Shown here: piece by piece, positions 17,493 to 27,243 of the stretch
Layout of the letters: each line of letters starts with the position of its first letter
Numbering within the stretch: the stretch's first letter is position 1
Assembly (NCBI GenBank): GCA_044070495.1
Contig: JBIPSI010000008.1
Span: 32,001-96,000 of the forward strand
DNA: 64,000 nucleotides
From: Spirulina sp.
Lineage (GTDB): Bacteria; Cyanobacteriota; Cyanobacteriia; Phormidesmidales; Phormidesmidaceae
Reading direction: 5' to 3'
Position numbers and translations under genes: made by a program
Notes under the pieces: generated by a model
What the model saw: the letters and a program-made list of their open reading frames with translations, nothing else
Databases searched by the model: none
Told to the model about the DNA's origin: nothing

Positions 17493-18278
17493 ATGTATAG
17501 CCTCGATATTAACTTTCTCAAGGATCGAGAACCGAGGGTCTATGAATCTAAGCCCAAGGCTCGCGGTGGCGGTGGCGGCGGCGCTCCAGCGGCGGATCGA
17601 CGACCGTTGATCTACGGACTCTTTGGGGCGTTGATTCCCATTGGCTTGGCGGGGGTCTACTGGCTGGTGAGCCAGGGGCAATTGCGGCAACTCCAGGCCC
17701 GTAAGGTGACCCTAGATGGAGAACTGGCCCAAATTCAGGCTCAGCTTACGGAAATTGGCGGTATTCAGGGCCAAATCGATGTCGTTAAGGCTGAAAATGC
17801 GGCCTTTGTGTCGGTGTTCAACCAAATTGTGCCCTGGTCGGCCCTGCTGGAGGACATTCGCGACCGCACCCCGACGCGGATTCAAATCACCACCATCACC
17901 CAGGATGGCGGCACCCCCTCGGCTACCGACCCAGAGGCCACGCTGTCGGCGGCGGGTGGGGTCGTGATTGAGGGGGTGGCCTGCTCCTTCGAGGATATTA
18001 ACGACTTTGCCCTGGTGCTCCAGCGGTCACCCCTGCTGGAGGCTGCCTCGGTGGCCATTACCGAATCGGATCAGCAGGATGAATTGCTGGATCCGTTGGT
18101 GGATGGTCGGTGCCCTGGCACACCCCCCAATGTGCCCAGCTACCTGGTGGACTACACCCTTCGGGCCAACATTACCGACACCCCCGCCGCCGAGTTAATT
18201 GACGAACTGGAGCGTCAGGGGGCGGTTGGCCTCGTAGCCCGGTTACGTGCCCTCAGAGAAACAGGAGTGATCGAGTAA
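17493..18278 (+). CDS. pilN: Type IV pilus assembly protein PilN
   Basis: MYSLDINFLKDR, TM, coiled coil, PWSALLEDIR; synteny. Confidence 0.92.
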   Translation: MYSLDINFLKDREPRVYESKPKARGGGGGGAPAADRRPLIYGLFGALIPIGLAGVYWLVSQGQLRQLQARKVTLDGELAQIQAQLTEIGGIQGQIDVVKAENAAFVSVFNQIVPWSALLEDIRDRTPTRIQITTITQDGGTPSATDPEATLSAAGGVVIEGVACSFEDINDFALVLQRSPLLEAASVAITESDQQDELLDPLVDGRCPGTPPNVPSYLVDYTLRANITDTPAAELIDELERQGAVGLVARLRALRETGVIE

Positions 18279-19183
18279 TGGCGGCATCTGGAGATTTCCT
18301 TCCCGGCGAAGATCAACTTGGAGAAGTTGGCCCTACCTATCCCACGGTGTTTGGGCTAGAGCTTACCCCTCCGGCCCAGGCCCTCGCCATTGTGCTGCTG
18401 GGGGTGGCAGCGTCCTTCGCCCTCTACAATTTTTTGGTGCGGCCCGTGCGGCAGCAGATTACCGCCGCTGAGGGGGAGGTCAACCAACTACAGGCCCAGG
18501 TGGATCAACAGCGGGCCAGTTTGCAGGAGGTGGCCGTCCTCCAGGCGCAGTTGGATGAAGCCATCCAGCAGCGGGTGGCCGTCTACGACCTGCTGGGCAC
18601 CAGTACCACCCTAGACACCCTGCTGATCGACATCAACCAGCAGATCCAAAACAGCAATGCCGCCATTGAGGATGTGCTGCGATCCGACTTTAACCGGATT
18701 GATCAAGGGCAACTGGCGGCCCTGGGGTTAAACCAGGCCCAGGTGGCCCAAATTCGATCTCAGTTTGCCGCCGATCCGGTGCTTCAGCGGGTGCTCTATG
18801 CCTCGGAACTGTGGCAGTTTACGCCCTCCCAGGTGGTGCCCTGGACGGCGGCTCCCCCAGAACTAACGGGCAAGATCAATTCCCAAACCGTGGAAGTGAG
18901 TATGCAGGCTCTCTTTCCCCAAACCCTGAATATTCTCCGCAACATCGAACGACTAGAACCCCTGATTGTGATCCGCAACCTAGAGCAAGAACAGGCTCCC
19001 CTGCGCGGCGGCGTTTCTGAGGAAGATGTGCAGGGGCTAACCCGTCCGCTCAATACCACCTTCTCCCTGGAGGTGCTGGTACCCGCCATTGACCCATCCA
19101 CGCCGCCACCACCGCCGCCGCCGCCGGAAGGAGAAGCCGGAGCCGAGGGCGCACCCCCGCCGGAGGGCGCTCCCCCTCCCTAG
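18278..19183 (+). CDS. pilO: Type IV pilus assembly protein PilO
   Basis: YPTVFG, TM, coiled coil, LDTLLIDIN, ILRNIERLEPL; synteny. Confidence 0.88.
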   Translation: MAASGDFLPGEDQLGEVGPTYPTVFGLELTPPAQALAIVLLGVAASFALYNFLVRPVRQQITAAEGEVNQLQAQVDQQRASLQEVAVLQAQLDEAIQQRVAVYDLLGTSTTLDTLLIDINQQIQNSNAAIEDVLRSDFNRIDQGQLAALGLNQAQVAQIRSQFAADPVLQRVLYASELWQFTPSQVVPWTAAPPELTGKINSQTVEVSMQALFPQTLNILRNIERLEPLIVIRNLEQEQAPLRGGVSEEDVQGLTRPLNTTFSLEVLVPAIDPSTPPPPPPPPEGEAGAEGAPPPEGAPPP

Positions 19184-19285
19184 GACAAGCCAAGGCCACC
19201 TAGGGCACCATCTACCATCACCGCTTGTGTCTATTTCCCTGCTATTAATTCCCCCGCCATCGCAACTGTGAATGAGGAGTGAACC

Positions 19286-21445
19286 GTGAATCCCTTAACT
19301 CGCCTGTCCCCCCTATTGATGAGTGGTGCTCTCCTAGCGCTGGCCGCTGCCCCGGTTTCGGCCTCCACCAGCATCACCAATGTGCGCCTCAACCCCACCG
19401 CCACAGGCCTAGACCTGGTGCTAGATACCGAAGGCGACAGCGGCAATGTCTTCACCGTTAACCAGGGCAACACCCTACGGGCGGATCTCACCCGCACCCA
19501 GCTCAACCTGCCCGATGGCGCTTTCCAGCAGGCCAACCCCGCCCCTGGGATTGCGATGGTGTCGGTGGTGCCGCTGGATGCCAATAGTGTGCGCGTGACT
19601 ATCGAAGGCACGAGCCAAGCCCCCACAGGAGCGGTGGAAACCAACGGCAATCGGGTGGTGCTCTCCATTCGCAATGATGGCCAAACGGCCCAGGCCCCTA
19701 CCCCTGTCCCCGACGCCCTAACCACGGTTCCGGCCCCTAGTGTGCCCCTGGCCCAAGCCCCCGCCGACCCTGCCCCCGCCGAAACCACCCCCGTCACCCC
19801 CGCCCCCGCTCAGCCCGATGTGCTGGTGCCCAACCCGGAGGTGGTAATCGACGGTGTCCCCGTGGCCCAACCCCAACTGCAACAGGCTCCCCCCTTCATG
19901 CCCCGCGCTGTGGCCCCCCCGGTGGGCGATATTTCCTACGCAGAAAGCGTCCCCAACTTCAGTACCATCGACCTCGGCACCAACGAGCGCATTCCTCGTC
20001 TGTTGCTGCGCGATGCCCCTGCCCGTGAGGTACTAGGTTTGCTGGCCCGTGCGGCTGGGCTAAACCTGGTCTATGCCCCCGCCACAGGCGAAAACGCAGC
20101 GGCGGCAGAAGGTGGCGGCGAAGGTACCCTCGTTAGTTTAGATATTGAGAACGAATCGGTGCAGGATGTGTTTAACCACGTCCTTCGCGTCAGCGGTCTA
20201 GAAGCTAACAAGGTAGGCCGCAGCATTTACGTCGGCCCATCTCTACCTGCCTCGGCCCAAAATATTGTCACCCGCACCCTACGCCTAAATCAGGTGGATG
20301 CAGGGGTAGCGGCTAATTTTTTGGTTGCCCTAGGAGCTGAAAGTTCAGTTAGCCGGGATCGTCTAGTGACTAGTGTTAACGCGGTAGAAGTAGCCGAAGG
20401 TGCACCCGCTTTAACTGAAACCCAGACATCTACGGTGACTCAAATTGAGAATAGTAGGGTTGTGTATGAAGATAGCAATCCTATCCTCAGGGGCTTACAA
20501 GTTATCGCTGATGAGCGCACTAACTCAGTCACATTGGTAGGCCGTGCCGACTTGGTTTCTATGGCAACAGATCAAATCACCCGAATTGATTTACGGCGGC
20601 GACAGGTTGCAATTAATGTTCGAGTTATTGACATTAACCTCAATGCTCTAGATGCTTTTGGCACTAGTTTTTCCTTCCAAACCGGAAACTTTGGAATTGT
20701 CAACTCTGGTGGGCTAGGCGTTCTTAACCTTGGGGCAGGAGTACCTTCATTTCCGATTGCACCAACGATTCCAGGTGGTACTCCTATTTTGCCACGACCA
20801 TTAAGCGGGCCACAGGGCAATAGTACGTCTACCAACTTCCTCTTCCAGCTTTTGGCAACTGTCCAAAATGGCAATGGTAAGATCATCACAGATCCAACAC
20901 TCATTGTTCAAGAGGGTCAAACGGCTACTGTTCAACTGACACAAGAGGTCGTCACTGATATTGAGACTACAACTACTGTGACCGATGGCACTGTCGTTAC
21001 TGAGCAAAACATTGAATTTACGCCTGCTGGTCTAGTGCTTCAGGTAGATGTTCAACGAATTGACGATAATGGCTTCGTATCATTGTCAGTTGCTCCAAGT
21101 ATCTCAGCTCCCACCGATACTTTTACGCTAGGCGACAGCACTATTTTCCTACTGTCTGAACGGCAAATTAGTTCTGGGCAGATCAGAGTACGCGACGGGC
21201 AAACCCTTCTCTTATCTGGAATTATTCAAGAGACTGAGCGGTCTAGTGTGACTAAAATTCCTATCCTGGGTGATATCCCGCTCCTAGGCTCACTATTCCG
21301 CAGTACTGTCACCGATACCCAACGTCAGGAGTTGATTGTTCTCCTTACTCCACAGATCTTAGATGACTCGGATCAATCTGTTTGGGGCTACCGCTATACC
21401 CCCAGCGAACAGGTGCAGGAAATTCTAGAGAACCAGCGGCGTTAA
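19286..21445 (+). CDS. pilQ: Type IV pilus secretin PilQ (AMIN + secretin)
   Basis: Signal peptide, AMIN-like N-terminus, DERTNSVTL, DPTLIVQEG, KIPILGDIPLLGSLFRS. Confidence 0.95.
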   Translation: MNPLTRLSPLLMSGALLALAAAPVSASTSITNVRLNPTATGLDLVLDTEGDSGNVFTVNQGNTLRADLTRTQLNLPDGAFQQANPAPGIAMVSVVPLDANSVRVTIEGTSQAPTGAVETNGNRVVLSIRNDGQTAQAPTPVPDALTTVPAPSVPLAQAPADPAPAETTPVTPAPAQPDVLVPNPEVVIDGVPVAQPQLQQAPPFMPRAVAPPVGDISYAESVPNFSTIDLGTNERIPRLLLRDAPAREVLGLLARAAGLNLVYAPATGENAAAAEGGGEGTLVSLDIENESVQDVFNHVLRVSGLEANKVGRSIYVGPSLPASAQNIVTRTLRLNQVDAGVAANFLVALGAESSVSRDRLVTSVNAVEVAEGAPALTETQTSTVTQIENSRVVYEDSNPILRGLQVIADERTNSVTLVGRADLVSMATDQITRIDLRRRQVAINVRVIDINLNALDAFGTSFSFQTGNFGIVNSGGLGVLNLGAGVPSFPIAPTIPGGTPILPRPLSGPQGNSTSTNFLFQLLATVQNGNGKIITDPTLIVQEGQTATVQLTQEVVTDIETTTTVTDGTVVTEQNIEFTPAGLVLQVDVQRIDDNGFVSLSVAPSISAPTDTFTLGDSTIFLLSERQISSGQIRVRDGQTLLLSGIIQETERSSVTKIPILGDIPLLGSLFRSTVTDTQRQELIVLLTPQILDDSDQSVWGYRYTPSEQVQEILENQRR

Positions 21446-21474
21446 TGGTTTGCTGAGCTTAGCGCCAACCCGTT

Positions 21475-21505
21475 GCCACCTGGCCCTTGGGCTGGGTGGT
21501 TTTTT
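21475..21505 (+). terminator. Intrinsic terminator of pil operon
   Basis: gccacctggccc-tt-gggctgggtggt hairpin followed by T run. Confidence 0.7.
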
Positions 21506-21539
21506 GTGGGGGTGGGTGGTTTTGGCGGTGGGGGCTAGT

Positions 21540-21776
21540 TCATGCCGTTAAGCGTGGAAAATCAGTGCGTCGTGCGGCAAAAATCAGGCAAGCTTGAATA
21601 TCGGCGAATTCTAAATCAGGGAAATCTTCCAGAATTTCGGTACTGCTGACATTTTCAGCAAGCATTTCTAAAATATCAGCCACTCGAATTCTCATGCCAC
21701 GAATACATGGCTTACCGCCACACTGACCAGGCGTTTGAGTAATGAGGCTAAGCAAGCTAGAGATTGAATGATCCAT
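21540..21776 (-). CDS. DUF433 antitoxin-like protein (no adjacent toxin seen)
   Basis: GGKPCIRGMRIRVADIL...EILEDFPDL..ADIQACL. Confidence 0.9.
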   Translation of the reverse strand: MDHSISSLLSLITQTPGQCGGKPCIRGMRIRVADILEMLAENVSSTEILEDFPDLEFADIQACLIFAARRTDFPRLTA

Positions 21777-21915
21777 AACTATGACCTTTATTGACTTTAT
21801 ATTCCGTGTTAAGGACAGGATGCTTTAGGTTTCGCCGCGAGAATTTTGGGCTCCAGTGCCTTTTTTCAGGCAATCCGCTACTCTCCATACTCCTGCAAGA
21901 AAGCGACAAAGTCAG

Positions 21916-22318
21916 CTAGGGCTGATCGGGTTTCGTCCCTGGGGTCGAGTTGATGTTGTACTTGGAGAATAATCCATCGATTTTGGATTCTAGCTCGGCG
22001 AGCCGCGCGTTCTCGTTCCTGATCTGATCGGTCTCTTTCTCGATCTGCTTTGCTTCGTTCCTCGTCTGCCAGATCATCGCGTCGAGCTTCTCGCTCTCTT
22101 GCTCGTAGTCTTTCTTCCTCTGCTCGTAATCGTTCATCTTTTGCCTGTGATCGGCTTCGGCTTCCAGTGTGCCACGCTTCGCACGAGCGTAGCTCTACAA
22201 GGCCGAGATTAACCACGAGAGCCGCTGACCCCAGGCTGAACGCCAGGAAGCTCCACTGGAGGGAGGTGAGGTGGAGGAATTCGGTTTCGGTACCGTCCCT
22301 GGTGGCCGTTGAAGTTGT
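21916..22318 (-). pseudogene. Probable frameshifted TM + coiled-coil gene
   Basis: Hydrophobic WSFLAFSLGSAALVVNLGL in one frame joins, via a shift near 22195, SYARAKRGTLEAEADHRQKMNDYEQRKK...; no clear start codon. Confidence 0.35.
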
Positions 22319-22379
22319 CTACCCACGGATTACCCTAAAGCGTACTCTGCACTAACCGATCATGCTGAGGGGTGTCAAG

Positions 22380-22527
22380 CTGGTTGACTGACACAACGCT
22401 GAAAAGCATTGATATCTCGTAGGTTGGGTGGCGCGATAGCAGAACCCAACAAGCCCGAAATCCTCGGCGAGTGTTGGGTGCAGCGAAGTGGAACCCAACC
22501 TACTTTAGAGATGTGTCCGTCAACCGG
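22380..22527 (+). mobile_element. MITE family 2, subtype alpha (148 bp), TIR CTGGTTGACTGACACA, 9-bp duplication GGTGTCAAG
   Basis: Direct repeats at 22371-22379 and 22528-22536; cargo GTAGGTTGGGT...ACCCAACCTAC hairpin doublet. Confidence 0.85.
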
Positions 22528-22577
22528 GGTGTCAAGATAGGGATAGCGTGCCGAAAAAGCGATAAGGACGGAGTTGT

Positions 22578-23171
22578 ATGTTAGGCAAAGCAGACTTGCT
22601 AGAGGCCATTGCCCCGTTAAATTTGGGCATTCGGGCCACGGCGGCGGATCGGTTGGCGGTGGATGCGGCGGCGGTGCGGCTAGAGGAACGCAACCCCACC
22701 CCGGCCCCCTTTTCGGTGCCCGAACGTCTAGGGGGAAACTGGCGCTTGCTCTACACCACCAGCCAAGAACTGCTGAATATAGATCGCTTGCCCTTGGCTT
22801 CCTTGGGGGCCATTTACCAATGTATTCGGCTATCCGAAAACCGCATTTACAACATCGCGGAAGTCGCTGGCCCACCGCTGCTCTCTGGCCTGGTTACCGT
22901 GGCTGCCCGCCTAGAACCTGTTTCCGAGCGTCGGGTTAATGTACGGTTCGAGCGGGGTGTTTTCGGCCTTCAAAAATTATTGAACTACGGCTCTCCCAAC
23001 CAGTTCATCTCCATCCTAGAAACCACCCCCCATCTGCCCCTGCTCAAGGGCATCGACTTCACCATCAACGCCGAACGCCAAGCCGGATGGCTGGAAATCA
23101 CCTACCTCGACGACGACCTCCGCATAGGCCGAGGCAACCAAGGCAACCTCTTTATCCTCAGCAAAAGCTGA
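22578..23171 (+). CDS. PAP/fibrillin family protein
   Basis: LEERNPTP, GNWRLLYTTS, GWLEITYLDDDLRIGRGNQG. Confidence 0.93.
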   Translation: MLGKADLLEAIAPLNLGIRATAADRLAVDAAAVRLEERNPTPAPFSVPERLGGNWRLLYTTSQELLNIDRLPLASLGAIYQCIRLSENRIYNIAEVAGPPLLSGLVTVAARLEPVSERRVNVRFERGVFGLQKLLNYGSPNQFISILETTPHLPLLKGIDFTINAERQAGWLEITYLDDDLRIGRGNQGNLFILSKS

Positions 23172-23229
23172 TCCCAGCGAACATCGCCACCGGATTGCCT
23201 GACAAAATTTGTTCGCCAGATCCCCAAAA

Positions 23230-23498
23230 GCCCTTACCCCCAGCCCCTCTCCCACAGGGAGCTACTAAGTACACATAAGTCCTTAACGTAGACGATACAG
23301 GGAATCGATCCCCCCTAGCCCCCCTTAAAAAGGGGGGAGCCGGAGTCAAAGTCCCCCTTTTTAAGGGGGATTTAGGGGGATCTCCAAAGACTTGCGGCAT
23401 GAAAGTAAGATGTGTGTACTTAGTAGCCCACAGGGAGAGGGGAGCCGGAATTGTTTCAAAGTCCCTCTCCCACAGGGAGAGGGATTTAGGGTGAGGGC
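23230..23498 (-). repeat. REP-like repeat type A, inverted copy, interrupted by a MITE
   Basis: Reverse complement matches 12144-12410. Confidence 0.8.
23262..23426 (-). mobile_element. MITE family 1 (165 bp), 11-bp target duplication CCCACAGGGAG
   Basis: ctactaagtacaca...tgtgtacttagtag; direct repeats at 23251-23261 and 23427-23437. Confidence 0.87.
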
Positions 23499-23541
23499 TT
23501 CAGGGACTTTGTGGTCTACTGAAGCTCAATGATTTTAAAAA

Positions 23542-23623
23542 TGGGCAGAGCGAGACTCGAACTCGCATGACCGAAGTCGCCACATTTTGAGTGTGGTGCG
23601 TCTACCAATTTCGCCATCCGCCC
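23542..23623 (-). tRNA. trnL: tRNA-Leu(CAA)
   Basis: GGGCGGATGGCGAAATTGGTAGACGCACCACACT-CAA-AATGTGGCGACTTCGGTCATGCGAGTTCGAGTCTCGCTCTGCCCA; cloverleaf with long variable arm; CCA not encoded. Confidence 0.96.
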
Positions 23624-24468
23624 TTGGATGAACCCTCATTATACTCAATGGGGCGGTTTTTCACCAGAGCACCATAGGCCGCACCACTGGCCCAGCGCTC
23701 AATTTCCTTGGCCCGCAGCACCGGCACCGGGTGAGTTAGCCCTTGGGTGCGCAGTTGTTTGAGGGCATCTCCGATGACATCTTGGCTGAGGTTATCGTAG
23801 GCACGGGCTTGGTCGAGAAAGGCGTCTAGGCTGAGTTCGTCCACCAAAGAAGGCGATCCGCCACAGAGTTTCATCAGCAAAGAAGCCACGATGCGGGGAT
23901 CTTGGGCCACCAGCAGAGCGGCGCGGTCGCAGGTGAACTCGGCACAGCGCACCCATTCCATCAACTGGTTTTGCAGCCCTTGGGAAATTTCGGTGCCAAA
24001 GGGCAGTTGGCTGGCGGCGAGGGTAATCAGGTTCGCCACCGTGAGGTATAGGCTGTGGTCGCACTTGAGATGGCCCAGTTCGTGGGCGATCACCGCCTGG
24101 GTCTCCGCCGGAGTCAGCAGTTCGATCAGGGCCGTGTGGATGACGATAAAGGGCCGCTCCCCCCGCATGGCAAAGGTGTAGGCATTGGGCACGGGGTTTT
24201 GGCGCACGTAGAGCTGGGGCACCTCTAAATCTAGAATTTGGCAGGCTTCCACCAGGGCGGCATGGAGGCTGGGCAGTTGCCGATCACTCACCTGAATCCC
24301 AGAGGCCAGGTTTTCTAAATGAAAAAACGATTCCGCTAGGGGGGCCACCACCATCCGCACCAGCACATCTAGCCCCGGCAGTTGTTGCAGGGCACGGGTG
24401 GCTTCGAGATCCAGGGGGTGACGGAACTGTTCGGCCCGCAGGCCTAGGAGCAGCGTTTTACCAGACAT
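23602..24468 (-). CDS. M48 family Zn metallopeptidase
   Basis: PNAYT, AHELGHL, RCAEFTCDR, THP motifs. Confidence 0.93.
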   Translation of the reverse strand: MSGKTLLLGLRAEQFRHPLDLEATRALQQLPGLDVLVRMVVAPLAESFFHLENLASGIQVSDRQLPSLHAALVEACQILDLEVPQLYVRQNPVPNAYTFAMRGERPFIVIHTALIELLTPAETQAVIAHELGHLKCDHSLYLTVANLITLAASQLPFGTEISQGLQNQLMEWVRCAEFTCDRAALLVAQDPRIVASLLMKLCGGSPSLVDELSLDAFLDQARAYDNLSQDVIGDALKQLRTQGLTHPVPVLRAKEIERWASGAAYGALVKNRPIEYNEGSSKGGWRNW

Positions 24469-24586
24469 AGGAAAGAAGATCAGAAGGTGACCGAACGGTG
24501 CAACGGTAAAAAAGGTCGAAAACCCTAAGGGCTTATCCCCGTACCTTTATCCTAAGGTAATACGAAAATCATCGGAGGACTGTGGT

Positions 24587-24952
24587 GTGACTCCCCAGGA
24601 ATTTGGCCTGTTGCTGATCTCGGTTATCACCAGCAGTTTAGGGCAGTTTTTTCTTAAATTAGGCGCGGTGCAGCTAGGGCAAGTGACTGGAGACAACGCC
24701 CTCAACCACATTTTACGCATCGCTACCACCCCAGCGCTGATCGCTGGGCTCGCCTCCTACGGCCTTGGGGCTATTTCCTACATTTTGTTGCTCACCCGGG
24801 TCAAGCTCAGTGTGGCGGCCCCTTCAGCATCCTTAATTTATTTGGCCTCCGTGTTAATTGGTTACTTCTTTTTCGGAGAAACCCTGCCCCCAGTGCGAGT
24901 TCTAGGGCTTGGGTTTATCGTGCTTGGGGTCGTGTTGGTGACCACCCGCTAG
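24587..24952 (+). CDS. Small DMT/EamA (SMR-like) membrane transporter
   Basis: Four TM helices, GQFFLK, LSVAAP, FFGE motifs. Confidence 0.8.
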   Translation: MTPQEFGLLLISVITSSLGQFFLKLGAVQLGQVTGDNALNHILRIATTPALIAGLASYGLGAISYILLLTRVKLSVAAPSASLIYLASVLIGYFFFGETLPPVRVLGLGFIVLGVVLVTTR

Positions 24953-25071
24953 GCGGTTCTCCGTCTGCCCATGGTGGGGTGGCTAATCCGAATCCGCGAT
25001 ATTCGACACCACTAACCCCCTGAGATCACTGATCCCAAGGGGTTAGGTTTGGGTTGTTCCCCACTTTTCGA

Positions 25072-25392
25072 CTAGGGATCTGGGTTAACGCAGGTGAGGC
25101 GTCCCTCCTGGTTGATCAGTTCCAAAGAAGGCTGAAAACCAGGGTAGCACCGCACCAAAACGGTGTCGTTGCTGCGGGTGACGTAGAGAACGTGAATGGG
25201 GTTGCCGTTGAGAATGGCGGGTACCAGACGCGGAGGCATCGGGGCCGTAGACCAGGCTGGCAGCATTCCCCCTAAACTCAGCCCTAAAATCCCTAAGGCT
25301 GTCAGTAACCCCACCGCTGTCCACCTAGACAAAAACCATCGGCGGGGGCCAAGTTGACTCAAAATTCGCTGTGCCGTTGGTCGAATATCCAT
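25072..25392 (-). CDS. Hypothetical exported/membrane-anchored protein
   Basis: N-terminal hydrophobic helix, SNDTVLVRCYPG with Cys pair; GAGGTG upstream. Confidence 0.65.
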   Translation of the reverse strand: MDIRPTAQRILSQLGPRRWFLSRWTAVGLLTALGILGLSLGGMLPAWSTAPMPPRLVPAILNGNPIHVLYVTRSNDTVLVRCYPGFQPSLELINQEGRLTCVNPDP

Positions 25393-25553
25393 GACCGCTT
25401 TTCACCTCGGAGTAAACACCTCTTTAATATGTTCTCCTAGCTGCCTTTAGAATCTGCCAAACCTTAAGATCATCATAAGATATGATGCCCATCGACCCCA
25501 CGATAGTGGCGTAAGGGACTGAACCTAATCAATCGTTGCCGTTACTAAATAAC

Positions 25554-25682
25554 CGAGTTGATTGGCAAAACTTGTGAGAACCCAGATCCGCAAAGGGTCA
25601 GGAGACCTGACCCCTACGTGAACCCAATACGGTAGGGGCGCGGTTTCCGCGTCCGGCACAGGATGTGGTATCAGTCAACCAT
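25554..25682 (+). mobile_element. MITE family 2, subtype beta (129 bp, diverged), 9-bp duplication CTAAATAAC
   Basis: Direct repeats at 25545-25553 and 25683-25691; homologous to 37257-37386. Confidence 0.8.
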
Positions 25683-25741
25683 CTAAATAACAGGATGATT
25701 ATCCTAACAATTAATGGTAAACGTCTTAAATATCCCATCCT

Positions 25742-25781
25742 AAAATGCTTACACCCTCTGACCTCAAGAGAGTGTAAGCAT
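25742..25781 (-). terminator. Probable intrinsic terminator after holin-family gene
   Basis: atgcttacac...gtgtaagcat stem, TTTT on the minus strand. Confidence 0.5.
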
Positions 25782-25794
25782 GGGTGCTGCGGAT

Positions 25795-26169
25795 TTAAAT
25801 GCCTAGGCCAAAGGCATTTAGAATGACCTTCAGAAGCGAGCTAACGATGGATAGGGCAATGGCTCCCATAATGGCACTCCAAATCCCCCAGCGTAGGCGA
25901 AATCCTTCAATTAACCAGGCGGCAAACCCAAACACAATAATCGACCCTAAGAGGGGAACAATACCTAGGCTAAAGAGCCAGGTGGCGGTGCGAATGAACT
26001 GCGGGAAAAAAGCCCAGATGCCATCAAAGGCACCGATAATTGCTCCCCCTAGCAGGGCTTTGATGGGGCTGTCAATTTCGACACCAACGGGTGGAATTTT
26101 TGAGATGATCAGCAGACTCACTGCCAAAATGACAACACTAATAGCAAAGTAAATGAGCGCATTAGTCAT
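25795..26169 (-). CDS. Phage holin family (YvlD-like) membrane protein
   Basis: GVEIDS...ALLGG, AAWLIEGFRLRWGIWSA motif; four TM helices. Confidence 0.8.
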   Translation of the reverse strand: MTNALIYFAISVVILAVSLLIISKIPPVGVEIDSPIKALLGGAIIGAFDGIWAFFPQFIRTATWLFSLGIVPLLGSIIVFGFAAWLIEGFRLRWGIWSAIMGAIALSIVSSLLKVILNAFGLGI

Positions 26170-26350
26170 GGGATATTTGCCTCACACGTAAATGGGGATA
26201 GGTAGCGGAGCGAACGACTGATACGGAAAACGGGCTTAGATAGTGACTAAGCCGTAACATTTATGACACATTTCAGCGGTCTATCCTAGTGGGAAATGTC
26301 TTTTTTCCCGGTATTGGCGACAAAGCTCACCTAGGAGCGTGGCAAAGATG

Positions 26351-26893
26351 TTAGGAGGATAGACCTAGCGCCTTAGCCAACGCCTTCAGTACCTCGGCTT
26401 CCCGTTCACTCACACGGCTAGACCCAATGCCCATTACCCCTCCCTCCCGCTGCACCTCGGCGACACGTTGGGCGATGGACATTAACCAAGTTTTAAATTC
26501 TGTGGCCTGTAACCCAGTGACTTTGGCATCCAAAATAGCCGAGATGGTTTGAAAACTTTCCACGGCTCGGTTGCGGGCATCCTTGGGCTTCGTAAACGTC
26601 TGAATAACGCCCAACAGTTCAAACTGTTTTTTAAGAACTAACTGCTCTCCCGTCAGGGATTCCTGGGCATCTTGTTCGGCTAGGGCGGCAACTAGCGCGG
26701 GGGTGAGTTCTCCGGGCAGATCCGTGCGCTTCAGATCTTCCGTGACAATTTTTACGCCAGCAATTAACTCTTGCAAAAAGGAAATGGGATCCACCTTATC
26801 AGCCAAGCACACTGCAATCACAGCCTCCATGGGCGCTTGCAGCAGCTTCGTCCATTCTTCGTCTGTAAAATTCTGTCGCATGAATTCACTCAC
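26351..26893 (-). CDS. Hypothetical helical protein (tellurite-resistance-like fold possible)
   Basis: FTDEEW..L..AP, EFKTWLMSIAQRVAE..EGG..GIG...VSE.E pattern. Confidence 0.75.
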   Translation of the reverse strand: MSEFMRQNFTDEEWTKLLQAPMEAVIAVCLADKVDPISFLQELIAGVKIVTEDLKRTDLPGELTPALVAALAEQDAQESLTGEQLVLKKQFELLGVIQTFTKPKDARNRAVESFQTISAILDAKVTGLQATEFKTWLMSIAQRVAEVQREGGVMGIGSSRVSEREAEVLKALAKALGLSS

Positions 26894-27243
26894 AAAATAG
26901 GTTGATTTATCAGGATGTTGCCCTATTCAGGGATACCATATCGGCTAAAAATATGAAATGAATAAGCGTTAACAAATAGACGCGATGGGCGGGGCATAAA
27001 TCCGCCGTTGCCAGGGATCGCCGCAGCGGTTTGTGTCTGGGCTGGCCTAGACTGGCCCAGTTCTCACGGGTCAGAGGCTACAATCGTGACCTGGGTCACA
27101 GTTTTTGGGGTGGGCCTTGGGTTACCTCTGATGGGGGCATGGATACCTCTAATGGAGGGGGGTATCCTGAGGAGTGCCTGGGCGAAGTCTGGGGATCCTA
27201 CGCTCTGTCGTTGTCTGTTGTTGGTCGTGTCGCGGGAGTCGGT

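Noticed and set aside
23542..23623. tRNA as an integration site of a genomic island
   Set aside because: No duplicated tRNA 3' end and no integrase seen in the window.
25795..26169. Holin-family gene as evidence of a prophage
   Set aside because: No phage structural, replication or integrase genes nearby; the family is common in cyanobacterial chromosomes.
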